Source of the DNA: an uncultured Candidatus Saccharibacteria bacterium | GTDB taxonomy: Bacteria; Patescibacteriota; Minisyncoccia; Phycocordibacterales; Phycocordibacteraceae | Reading direction: 5' to 3' | Assembly: GCA_964518755.1 (NCBI GenBank) | Contig: CAZFHH010000001.1 | Location: 1 to 61,916, forward strand | Length of the DNA: 61,916 nt | In this document: positions 7,412 through 15,329 of the stretch, piece after piece | Layout of the letters: every line of letters begins with the position of its first letter | How positions within the stretch are numbered: position 1 is the stretch's first letter | The notes under the pieces: generated by a model | Told to the model about the DNA's origin: nothing | Databases searched by the model: none | The model's input: only the letters and a program-made list of their open reading frames with translations | Position numbers and translations under genes: made by a program

Positions 7412-8716
7412 ATGGAATTGAAAAATATTAAAAGGGCTCATTTTGTTGGAATTGGAGGCATCGGCATGTCGGCCCTGGCACAATTTTTTGTGCATGAGGG
7501 TGTTGATGTGTCCGGTTCAGACATGGCAGTATCTCCGGTGACGGAGCTTCTTGAATCTAATGGTGTAAAAGTTGTAATTGGGCATCGTGTTGAAAATATC
7601 CCTGAGGGAGCAGACGTGCTTGTCTACAGCGATGCCATTTCCAAAGACAACGTGGAGAGAGTGGAGGCGACCCGGCGCAATATTCCGCAATATTCATATT
7701 TTCAAATGTTGGGGGAAATATCGGTGGGGAAGCGCACTGTTGCGGTTGCCGGAACGCATGGAAAGACAACCACAACGGCGATGCTTGGGAAAATCTTGAG
7801 CGATGCGGGTGTATCTCCAACGGTTATTGTCGGTTCAATCACGCGTGATTTCAATTCCAACTATCTTTTCGGCTCTTCTGATTTGTTTGTGGTGGAGGCG
7901 TGTGAATATAAAGACCATCTGCTTGAACTTTCGCCGGAAATTCTTGTCATAACCAATCTTGAGTGGGATCATACGGATTATTTTCAATCACTTCCCGCGC
8001 TTCAAGAAACATTTCGTAAGGCTATTGCAAGGGTGCCCAAAAATGGAGCCATTATTACTAACCCGTCCGACAAAAATATTGCCCCATTGCTTGTGAGTGC
8101 TGTGCCGCGCGTTATTGATTACACGGAAGAAAACGTACCGGTGCTTACGTTTCCGGGGGAGTTTAATATGATGAACGCCCGCGCGGCGCAAAGCGCCGCG
8201 CGGGCCGTACTTCCAGATATTTCTCAAAAAACGATAAACACATCGTTGACTTCATTTAAGGGAACGTGGCGCAGATTTGAATATAAAGGAAAGACAGAAA
8301 ACGGAGTGGATGTATATGATGATTACGCGCACCATCCAACGGAGGTGCGCGCAACGCTTGGAGCGTTGCGCGCCAAAACCCAAGGACAAGGAAAATTATT
8401 CGTCGTTTTCCAAGCGCACCTTTTCAGTCGCACACGTGACTTGCTTGATGATTTCGCCCACGCTTTTGTCGATGCAGACGATATTATAATTGCTCCAATC
8501 TATGGAGCTCGCGAAAAGGATGACGGCACTGTTTCAAACAAAATACTCTCACAGCGTATTGCAAAAACCGGCACGCCGGCACGCCCCATTGATTCGTTTG
8601 AAGAAATCAAAACCTATTTGAAAACAAACGCTCGCTCGGGCGACACAATCATAACCATGGGCGCCGGCGATATCTACAAACTCACCGAAAAGGGGTCAGA
8701 CCCCTTTGTTTTATAA
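7412..8716 (+). CDS. murC: UDP-N-acetylmuramate--L-alanine ligase; the last ~9 codons and the stop lie in a REP element
   Basis: 434 aa. Motifs HFVGIGGIGMSALA, GTHGKTTTT and DYAHHPTE. The C-terminus ...EKGSDPFVL* is encoded by AAAAGGGGTCAGACCCCTTTG. Confidence 0.9.
   Translation: MELKNIKRAHFVGIGGIGMSALAQFFVHEGVDVSGSDMAVSPVTELLESNGVKVVIGHRVENIPEGADVLVYSDAISKDNVERVEATRRNIPQYSYFQMLGEISVGKRTVAVAGTHGKTTTTAMLGKILSDAGVSPTVIVGSITRDFNSNYLFGSSDLFVVEACEYKDHLLELSPEILVITNLEWDHTDYFQSLPALQETFRKAIARVPKNGAIITNPSDKNIAPLLVSAVPRVIDYTEENVPVLTFPGEFNMMNARAAQSAARAVLPDISQKTINTSLTSFKGTWRRFEYKGKTENGVDVYDDYAHHPTEVRATLGALRAKTQGQGKLFVVFQAHLFSRTRDLLDDFAHAFVDADDIIIAPIYGAREKDDGTVSNKILSQRIAKTGTPARPIDSFEEIKTYLKTNARSGDTIITMGAGDIYKLTEKGSDPFVL
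8688..8707. repeat. REP unit (AAAAGGGGTCAGACCCCTTT), left flank of the RAYT gene
   Basis: Palindrome GGGGTCAGACCCC with A/T flanks. The same unit recurs at 9435, 14110, 15131-15251 and 61814-61916. Confidence 0.85.
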
Positions 8717-8722
8717 AAAATA

Positions 8723-8731
8723 TGTTATAAT
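8723..8731 (+). promoter_or_regulatory. Extended -10 promoter element TGTTATAAT, 7 nt upstream of the RAYT ATG (leaderless-type arrangement)
   Basis: TGnTATAAT consensus. The ATG is at 8738 and no Shine-Dalgarno sequence lies between. Confidence 0.45.
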
Positions 8732-8737
8732 AAAAAT

Positions 8738-9409
8738 ATGCCACGATCATTGCGCATAGATAAAGGGGGAGAAATATATCACTGCCTTAACAGGGCGGTT
8801 GGACGGCAAACTATCTTTAAGGATGGGGATGGCTATCGGCTCTTTGAATCTGTGCTGCAAGAGACCGTTGATATTACTGGTATGCGCATACTCGCGTATA
8901 GTCTTATGCCAAACCATTTCCATCTGGTGTTGTTTCCGGAAAAAGATGGAGATTTGTCAGCTTTTATGAAGCGCATCACTGCCACCCATACGCAACGTTA
9001 TCGTGTAATAACGGAAACTGTGGGCGAGGGTCCATTGTATCAGGGAAGGTATAAATCTTTCATGATTCAAGATGATAATCACTTGTTAACTGCTCTTAGA
9101 TATGTTGAACGAAATCCACTAACCGCGCAACTTGTAAAAAACATACTTGAGTGGAGGTATGGAAGCGTGTACAGGAGATACAAAGGTACAGATAGAGAAA
9201 AGAAGATTCTTTCTGCTTGGGTGTGCGATGAACCGGAAGATTATCTTCAATTCCTTGCACATCCTATCACAGAGAAGGAGTATGAAAAGATTACACAATC
9301 CGAAATAAAAGGAGTACCGTTTGGTGATGATGAATATGTATCCACAACGGTAAAGAAATATAATCTTAATTCAACGCTTCGCGCAAAAGGGAGGCCAAAG
9401 AAAGAATAA
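8738..9409 (+). CDS. REP-associated tyrosine transposase (RAYT; IS200/IS605-like Y1 HUH transposase)
   Basis: 223 aa. HUH motif NHFHLVL. Downstream QGRYKSF...LRYVERNP gives the catalytic-Tyr helix context. The gene is bracketed by two REP units in opposite orientation (central TCAGA vs TCTGA). Confidence 0.8.
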   Translation: MPRSLRIDKGGEIYHCLNRAVGRQTIFKDGDGYRLFESVLQETVDITGMRILAYSLMPNHFHLVLFPEKDGDLSAFMKRITATHTQRYRVITETVGEGPLYQGRYKSFMIQDDNHLLTALRYVERNPLTAQLVKNILEWRYGSVYRRYKGTDREKKILSAWVCDEPEDYLQFLAHPITEKEYEKITQSEIKGVPFGDDEYVSTTVKKYNLNSTLRAKGRPKKE

Positions 9410-9434
9410 AATTATAACACAGAAAAAATAAAAC

Positions 9435-9454
9435 AAAGGGGTCTGACCCCTTTT
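9435..9454. repeat. REP unit (AAAGGGGTCTGACCCCTTTT), right flank of the RAYT gene
   Basis: Same palindrome as 8688-8707 with the central base inverted. Confidence 0.85.
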
Positions 9455-9491
9455 CTGGCGGGGGTTTCTTTTTTCTGTTACAGTAATCTAT

Positions 9492-10187
9492 ATGTCAGCA
9501 GATGGAGTAGAGGGAACACTTTTTGTGGTGGCGACGCCAATTGGAAATTTGAATGACATAACGCTTCGCGCACTTGATACGTTGCGTGCGGTTGATGTTA
9601 TCGCATGTGAGGATACTCGCGTTACCGCGCGATTGCTTGCGCGTTATGAAATAAAAAAACCGCTCATCATTTTCCACGCGCACAATGCGCGCGCGGCTAC
9701 GCCGCGCGCGCTGCGCATGTTGCAAGAAGGCAAAAACATAGCCCTTGTGACAGACGCGGGCACTCCCGGGATAAGTGATCCGGGAAATGAGCTTGTCGCA
9801 TCTGTACGTCGCGATTTGTCAGACGCGCGCATTGAAGTCATTCCCGGCGCATCGGCGCTCACTTCCGCTCTTTCTCTTGCCGGAGCTTCCACCGCAACTT
9901 TTACATTTCTTGGATTTCTGCCACACAAAAAAGGACGCAAAAAATTATTTGAAGAGATTGCAAATTCTGTTCGCCCGATAGTATTTTATGAATCGCCACA
10001 CAGAATATTAAAAACGCTCTCTGCACTCGCTGATGTTCTCTCGCCACAGCATTCCGTTACCGTGGCGCGCGAGCTAACAAAAATACACGAGTCGGTAGTC
10101 ATCGGTTCGGCAAAAGAAGTGCAAGAGCATTTCGTTTCTGCGCCACAAGAAGTCAGGGGCGAGTTTGTACTTATCATCACTCATTGA
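9492..10187 (+). CDS. rsmI: 16S rRNA (cytidine1402-2'-O)-methyltransferase
   Basis: 231 aa. LFVVATPIGNLNDITLRALDTL...ACEDTR and DAGTPGISDPG match the RsmI tetrapyrrole-methylase fold. Confidence 0.85.
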   Translation: MSADGVEGTLFVVATPIGNLNDITLRALDTLRAVDVIACEDTRVTARLLARYEIKKPLIIFHAHNARAATPRALRMLQEGKNIALVTDAGTPGISDPGNELVASVRRDLSDARIEVIPGASALTSALSLAGASTATFTFLGFLPHKKGRKKLFEEIANSVRPIVFYESPHRILKTLSALADVLSPQHSVTVARELTKIHESVVIGSAKEVQEHFVSAPQEVRGEFVLIITH

Positions 10188-10207
10188 TATACTAAACAGA
10201 TATAAAT

Positions 10208-10552
10208 ATGTCATCTGAAAGTACTCTCATTTTATTTGGTTTACTCGTTGTAATAACGCCATATAGCGGTGTGCCGACATTTTGGTATACGTACATACTC
10301 CCGATACTTGGTATCGTTATAATAGGTATCGGTTTTTTGTTCCGTTCACGCCGTGTTTCTTCTCAAAGCAACACCACACAAACAACACAGCAAACACCTT
10401 CCTCTGCTTCTGCAAATGACTCGGCGGAGTTTCAAGAACATCTCAACAAGCGTGATGAGGAGTCATCCGTATCGGCATCTTGCTCTGCGGAATCGTCTGA
10501 TGCGCAACAGCCAGCATCATCCTCACGCAAAGACCCGTCACCGATTTCATAG
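10208..10552 (+). CDS. Small membrane protein (two TM helices, S/T/Q-rich tail)
   Basis: 114 aa. Hydrophobic segments LILFGLLVVITPY and ILPILGIVIIGIGFLF. It lies directly upstream of the ATPase gene. Confidence 0.5.
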   Translation: MSSESTLILFGLLVVITPYSGVPTFWYTYILPILGIVIIGIGFLFRSRRVSSQSNTTQTTQQTPSSASANDSAEFQEHLNKRDEESSVSASCSAESSDAQQPASSSRKDPSPIS

Positions 10553-10620
10553 CATATAAAACCAATTGCATTTGCGTGAATTATTCCACTCACCTATTAT
10601 GCGATATGCGGGTATACTGA

Positions 10621-10629
10621 TGCTATAGT
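10621..10629 (+). promoter_or_regulatory. Extended -10 element TGCTATAGT, 7 nt upstream of the ATPase ATG
   Basis: TGnTATAGT. ATG at 10636. A second TATACT lies at 10612-10617. Confidence 0.4.
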
Positions 10630-10635
10630 TATTAT

Positions 10636-12543
10636 ATGAACAATCCGGACAAAGTAACTTATTTTGCAGCGACAAATGCCCGCGGAGTTTCGGTGCCGTT
10701 TGGCATCAAACAGGAAGACCGCTCCAAGCACATGTATGTCATCGGGAAGACAGGCATGGGGAAGTCAACCATGCTTGAGAATATGGCAATCCAAGATATC
10801 CGCAACGGTGAAGGGCTGGCATTTATTGACCCGCATGGGGCTTCGGCGGAAAGGATTCTTGACTACATTCCCCCGGAGAGAGTAAACGATGTTGTGTATT
10901 TTGCGCCGTTTGATCTTGACCAGCCGATAGCATTTAACATTATGGAAGATATCGGCTACGACAAGCGACATCTTGTTGTCTCGGGACTTATGTCCACTTT
11001 CAAAAAGGTGTGGGTTGATGCGTGGAGTGCCCGCATGGAATACATCTTAAGCAACACGTTGCTTGCACTTCTTGAATATCCCGGCGCCACATTGCTTGAT
11101 GTAAATCGCATGTATACGAACAAAGAGTATCGCAAGCAGGTAATTGACAACGTGAAAGACCCACTCGTGAAAGATTTTTGGACAAAGGAATTTACAAACT
11201 ATACAGACCGCTACACCCAAGAAGCGACACCTGCAATACAAAATAAAATCGGGCAGTTTACCAATAATCCACTCATTAGAAATATCATCGGTCAACAGAC
11301 ATCTTCGTTTAATATTCGCGAAATGATGGACAAGCAAAAGATTCTAATCGTTAATCTTTCAAAAGGGCTTGTGGGAGATACAAACATGCTTTTGCTCGGT
11401 TCAATGCTCACCACGCATATTTTCCTTGCGGCAATGAGCAGAGCGGACAGCAGGATTTCAGTTGGTAAGGATGTGTCTCCATTTTTCTTTTACGTTGATG
11501 AATTTCAGAATTTTGCGAATGAATCTTTTTCTGAGATTCTTTCCGAGGCGCGAAAATATAAATTGGATTTGATTATCGCACATCAATATGTTGAGCAGAT
11601 GCAAGAGGAGGTGCGCGCAGCGGTGTTTGGGAACGTTGGCACCACGATTGCCTTTCGTGTCGGTCCGTTTGATGCGGAGGTGTTAGAGACGATATTTATG
11701 CCTGAGTTTACAAAAGAGGATTTGGTAAATTTAGGATTTGCGCATATTTATTTATCACTGATGATTGACGGCGTTGGCTCGCGTCCGTTTTCGGCGATAA
11801 CCATTCCGCCAATTGAGCCACCGCCACGCATTTATACACAGGAAGTTATACAGGCCTCGCGTACGCAATTTGGACATCCGCGACAGGAAGTGGAAGATGC
11901 CATTATAGCCATTTTATCCGAAGGGTCTCATTCTTCCGAGCAATCACGTGTATCGCGCCCGGTACGCAATGGAAGGGAAAATAGACCAGGCGCGCGTGAA
12001 GCGCGCCCAGCATACGATAAGGGTGAAGCAAAGGCAACTCGCGCAACGTCTGCACCCGCGCGCGCGCCGTTTGCACAAGAAAAGCATGATATGATGCCAC
12101 GCGCGATGTCAGAGCATGGTGGCGGGGAGAGTAGAGGCGCCTTGCGAGCAAAAAAAGACGCTTCCGGCGCATCACTGCGTGATGTCATCGCTTCCGTAAC
12201 AAATGTATCTCATGAAGATGAGCAAAAAAAGAAAAAACAAGATCAAAGCAAATTGAAGAGGGCACTTTCCGATGTGCTTGGGCGTGCGGAAGACGGTGAA
12301 CATCCCGGCGCGGGCGGAGCCCACGCCGGGGCGGATACATTTGGGCGTGCGGAAGACGGTGAACATCCCGGCGCGGGCTCCGCCCGCGCCGGGGCGGGTT
12401 TTCCAGCCCATGTCGCCACCGACGCCGACGCCGAAGGCGGCGGGGGCGGGGCAAAGAAAGAGCAACAAAAAAATGAGCCCGTACCAAAGCCATTTGAGGT
12501 ATCAGAGCGGAAACTGAAAGATGTTCTCAATGGAGATTCGTAG
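10636..12543 (+). CDS. VirD4/TraD-like (type IV secretion coupling-protein-like) P-loop ATPase, soluble, with a disordered repeat-containing C-terminal tail
   Basis: 635 aa. Walker A VIGKTGMGKST followed by FIDPHG, Walker B FFFYVDEFQNF, then ARKYKLDLIIAHQY...FGNVGTTIAFRV. No N-terminal TM helix. The last ~200 aa are low-complexity (R/A/G/E-rich). Clear paralog of 53589..56369. Confidence 0.7.
   Translation: MNNPDKVTYFAATNARGVSVPFGIKQEDRSKHMYVIGKTGMGKSTMLENMAIQDIRNGEGLAFIDPHGASAERILDYIPPERVNDVVYFAPFDLDQPIAFNIMEDIGYDKRHLVVSGLMSTFKKVWVDAWSARMEYILSNTLLALLEYPGATLLDVNRMYTNKEYRKQVIDNVKDPLVKDFWTKEFTNYTDRYTQEATPAIQNKIGQFTNNPLIRNIIGQQTSSFNIREMMDKQKILIVNLSKGLVGDTNMLLLGSMLTTHIFLAAMSRADSRISVGKDVSPFFFYVDEFQNFANESFSEILSEARKYKLDLIIAHQYVEQMQEEVRAAVFGNVGTTIAFRVGPFDAEVLETIFMPEFTKEDLVNLGFAHIYLSLMIDGVGSRPFSAITIPPIEPPPRIYTQEVIQASRTQFGHPRQEVEDAIIAILSEGSHSSEQSRVSRPVRNGRENRPGAREARPAYDKGEAKATRATSAPARAPFAQEKHDMMPRAMSEHGGGESRGALRAKKDASGASLRDVIASVTNVSHEDEQKKKKQDQSKLKRALSDVLGRAEDGEHPGAGGAHAGADTFGRAEDGEHPGAGSARAGAGFPAHVATDADAEGGGGGAKKEQQKNEPVPKPFEVSERKLKDVLNGDS
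12278..12403 (+). repeat. Two tandem copies of a 63-nt unit inside the ATPase C-terminal tail
   Basis: TTGGGCGTGCGGAAGACGGTGAACATCCCGGCGCGGGC occurs at 12278 and again at 12341. It encodes GRAEDGEHPGAG twice. Confidence 0.85.
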
Positions 12544-14113
12544 ATATTTAATTATTGTATTTGTGTTGGTGCTCGCTCCTTCGTTTGTGCATGCGACAGG
12601 CACGGTGCGCATCAATGAAATAGCATGGATGGGAACAAAGACGAGCGCAAATGCCGAATGGATAGAACTTTTTAATATCGGAGATACGAAAATCCCGCTC
12701 AACGGGTGGACATTGAAAGCAAAAGATGGTTCACCGAACATCCACTTTTCCTCAAAAGACGCCATAAGCCCTCACGGGTATTTTCTTTTGGAACGCACAC
12801 GCAATGGAGCGGTGTCGGGAGTTACCGCAGACAAAATATACACAGGAAGTTTAAAAAACTCCGGCGAGGCATTGGTGTTGACCAACAATGCATCTACAAC
12901 CATAGATACGGTGATAGGCGGGAAAAACTGGTGTGCAATCGGCGGCAATAATTCAACGAAACAAACCGCCCAGCGCACGGCATCCGGCTGGATAACAGCA
13001 ACCGGAACTCCACGGGCAATAAATGTCGCTATCGGGGTGATGCCATCGTGCGCGACAGTGCAAAACCCCGGCGCCGGCTCCGCCGGCGCCGGGGTTGGTA
13101 CCACCACCGCTACCAATACGGCAACTACCACAGTAACTGCCGCTACCACCACAGTAATCCAAACTTCAGCCACATCAAATTCGGGGCACGATGGACCACC
13201 GGAGTTTGAGCCTGTGCCCGCGGTATTCATTTCCATCGGTAAGGACATGGATATAGTTGCCGGAGCCGATGTCCGTTTTTCAGCGGAGGTAACCGATAAG
13301 TCGGGGAAACAATATTCATCTGCAGTTGTCTATTGGGCTTTCGGAGACGGTTCAAAAGCAACCGGCACAAGTGTTTTTAAAAACTATCGTGCGCCCGGCA
13401 CATACGCGGTGGTTGCAAATGCTGTGCAAGGGCTTGGCAGCGGGGAAGATGATTTAACGGTAACGGTTCGCAATGTACATGTATCCATACCAAGCGTTTC
13501 TGCTCGCGGAATTACCGTGCAAAATAATACGCCATATCGTTTGGATATGTCATTGTGGCGATTGCGTGCTGGCACCACTACTTTTGCGCTTCCTTTACAC
13601 ACGGTCATCTTGCCAAATACAGCAGTACTTTTTCCTAAGGACATCACAAAACTCTCTGTGACCAACAACACGGTACTTCTGTATCCAAATGGTAAAGAGG
13701 TGGCGCGGTATGCATTCGGAAGCAGTGCCAAGCGTGTAGCGCTTGGCACTGCGAAGAAACTTTCTCCGGTGTCTGTTCGTTATAGTACTGTACAGGGAGG
13801 TGAGAATGGGGATGAAAATACCCAACGCGCGATGCAACAGCATATTATTAACGCACATAATACACCATTATCGTATGATGCTGAAACGTCAATAGCCCCC
13901 GCGTCGGCGATAGACATCGCCGACGCGGGGGCACCCGTTGCCGAAGCGTTTTCGGGCAGGGGCGTCACCTCCGTGGCGCCCCTGCCCGAACCCTCCGCAA
14001 CATCCGCAATATCGTCACCAACCTCTTTCACTCACAGGTTTCTTTCTGTACCATGGACCCTCCCGCTGTTGCTCATCCTCATCCTCTCTATAGCCGGTTT
14101 CATTCTGCTGTAG
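12521..14113 (+). CDS. Secreted, C-terminally anchored surface protein with lamin-tail domain (LTD) and PKD domain
   Basis: 530 aa. Signal-peptide-like N-terminus. LTD signature VRINEIAWMG...EWIELFN...GWTL, a T/A-rich linker, PKD-like ...VYWAFGDGSKATGTSVFKNYRAPGTYAV, and a C-terminal TM helix LPLLLILILSIAGFILL. The start overlaps the ATPase gene end. Confidence 0.7.
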   Translation: MFSMEIRRYLIIVFVLVLAPSFVHATGTVRINEIAWMGTKTSANAEWIELFNIGDTKIPLNGWTLKAKDGSPNIHFSSKDAISPHGYFLLERTRNGAVSGVTADKIYTGSLKNSGEALVLTNNASTTIDTVIGGKNWCAIGGNNSTKQTAQRTASGWITATGTPRAINVAIGVMPSCATVQNPGAGSAGAGVGTTTATNTATTTVTAATTTVIQTSATSNSGHDGPPEFEPVPAVFISIGKDMDIVAGADVRFSAEVTDKSGKQYSSAVVYWAFGDGSKATGTSVFKNYRAPGTYAVVANAVQGLGSGEDDLTVTVRNVHVSIPSVSARGITVQNNTPYRLDMSLWRLRAGTTTFALPLHTVILPNTAVLFPKDITKLSVTNNTVLLYPNGKEVARYAFGSSAKRVALGTAKKLSPVSVRYSTVQGGENGDENTQRAMQQHIINAHNTPLSYDAETSIAPASAIDIADAGAPVAEAFSGRGVTSVAPLPEPSATSAISSPTSFTHRFLSVPWTLPLLLILILSIAGFILL

Positions 14114-14170
14114 AAAAGGGGTCAGACCCCTTTTCTACACAGACCCCTTTTCTACAGTGACCCCTTTTCC
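14110..14170. repeat. REP cluster (one full palindrome plus two half sites)
   Basis: GTAGAAAAGGGGTCAGACCCCTTTTCTAC, then ACAGACCCCTTTTCTAC and AGTGACCCCTTTTCC. The TAG stop of the LTD gene is part of the palindrome arm. Confidence 0.85.
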
Positions 14171-14207
14171 GAACGCCACAGACCGTGCGTGTGGTATATT
14201 TAATAGT

Positions 14208-15128
14208 ATGGAACGTATACCGATTAGGGGTGATGAATCTCCCGATCATTCTAAATTTCATAGAGAGAAAGAGATGGAGGATATATACCAACGAGAAATT
14301 ACTGAGGGAGCAAATATAATTAAAAAGGAAGTGAGTCTAAAATCCTCGGAAGGAGCGATAGTTGATTATCTAAAAGATACTGCCACTGTAGAACTGCAAG
14401 GATTGCGTGATTTAGATCCGGATAAGGGAACAAACTTAAACGTGCTCATATCTTATGTCGCTGAAAGTTGCGCGGAAATAATGTATGGTTTTGGAAGGGG
14501 GAAACCACCCATTCTCACAAGAATATCAAAGGACCTGCTTTTAGCCAAAGATGAAATTTTTGATGAAATGCAACGTTTGTATTGGATAAAAACTCCACTG
14601 GACACCACTAATTTTAAAGAGACCATCGCTGAGGCGCGTCTTGAGGGGCTTCGTCTTGTGCGTAGCGGTGATGATGGGGCTCTTGATATGGCGAAATATT
14701 TATTTGCGCAAGAACTTGTGCGCATGTCTTTATTTAATGGCAGGGAAGTGTTGCCACAGCTTAAGTTGTTGTTTTCTGTTGAAGAAATAGAAGAAATAAT
14801 AGATAGTGTGGATGAAGAAATGGAAGAAACAGAAAGAGATGACGGGCTTGCGGACAATGGTGAGGATGATATTGCGGGGGTTGTTGCAAATGATGACACG
14901 TGCGACAAGAGTGAATTGCTAAGGCATACTGGAGTACATAAAAGGATGGCGGATCGCATTATGTCAGTCAAAGAAGAAAAGAATAGGAAGCGCAGTGCGC
15001 ACGCACGTGAAGCATCGATAAAGTCTGTAGATAATGAATGGGAATATATGATAGCTCTAATAAAGAAGTATTCGGATATACGTGATTTTGTTGATGACGT
15101 CTTGGATACTGAAAATATGCCGATTTAG
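14208..15128 (+). CDS. Hypothetical acidic protein (no recognisable family)
   Basis: 306 aa from ATG 14208. The upstream GTG start at 14157 in the ORF track lies inside REP sequence. Bracketed by REP clusters. Confidence 0.5.
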   Translation: MERIPIRGDESPDHSKFHREKEMEDIYQREITEGANIIKKEVSLKSSEGAIVDYLKDTATVELQGLRDLDPDKGTNLNVLISYVAESCAEIMYGFGRGKPPILTRISKDLLLAKDEIFDEMQRLYWIKTPLDTTNFKETIAEARLEGLRLVRSGDDGALDMAKYLFAQELVRMSLFNGREVLPQLKLLFSVEEIEEIIDSVDEEMEETERDDGLADNGEDDIAGVVANDDTCDKSELLRHTGVHKRMADRIMSVKEEKNRKRSAHAREASIKSVDNEWEYMIALIKKYSDIRDFVDDVLDTENMPI

Positions 15129-15130
15129 AA

Positions 15131-15251
15131 AAAGGGGTCTGTGAATAAAGGGGTCAGACCCCTTTATTCACAGACCCCTTTATTCAACAGAGCAGGTCTG
15201 ACCCCTTTTCTCCACTCTTAATAGAAGGGGAAAAGGGGTCTGACCCCTTTT
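15131..15251. repeat. REP cluster, including a 51-nt perfect palindrome
   Basis: 15131-15181 has 25-nt perfect arms centred on A15156 (AAAGGGGTCTGTGAATAAAGGGGTC-A-GACCCCTTTATTCACAGACCCCTTT). There is a half site at ~15194-15212 and a full REP AAAAGGGGTCTGACCCCTTTT at 15231-15251. Confidence 0.85.
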
Positions 15252-15329
15252 TATGACCCCTTTTTAACTTGACCGGGCGTGGGAGTTAGATTATAATGGC
15301 ATTATAATCATAAATAATATATTTTACCT

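Noticed and set aside
11903-12530. Multiple ORFs on both strands (for example 12172..12468, 12185..12493, 12243..12530, 12272..12517) in the GC-rich repeat region
   Set aside because: All overlap the 3' tail of the long ATPase ORF. GC-rich low-complexity DNA generates open frames in every phase.
14110-15251. Clusters of the GGGGTCWGACCCC repeat as a CRISPR array
   Set aside because: The repeats are palindromic REP units with irregular spacing and half sites. There are no uniform spacers and no cas genes. A RAYT transposase flanked by the same repeat is present.
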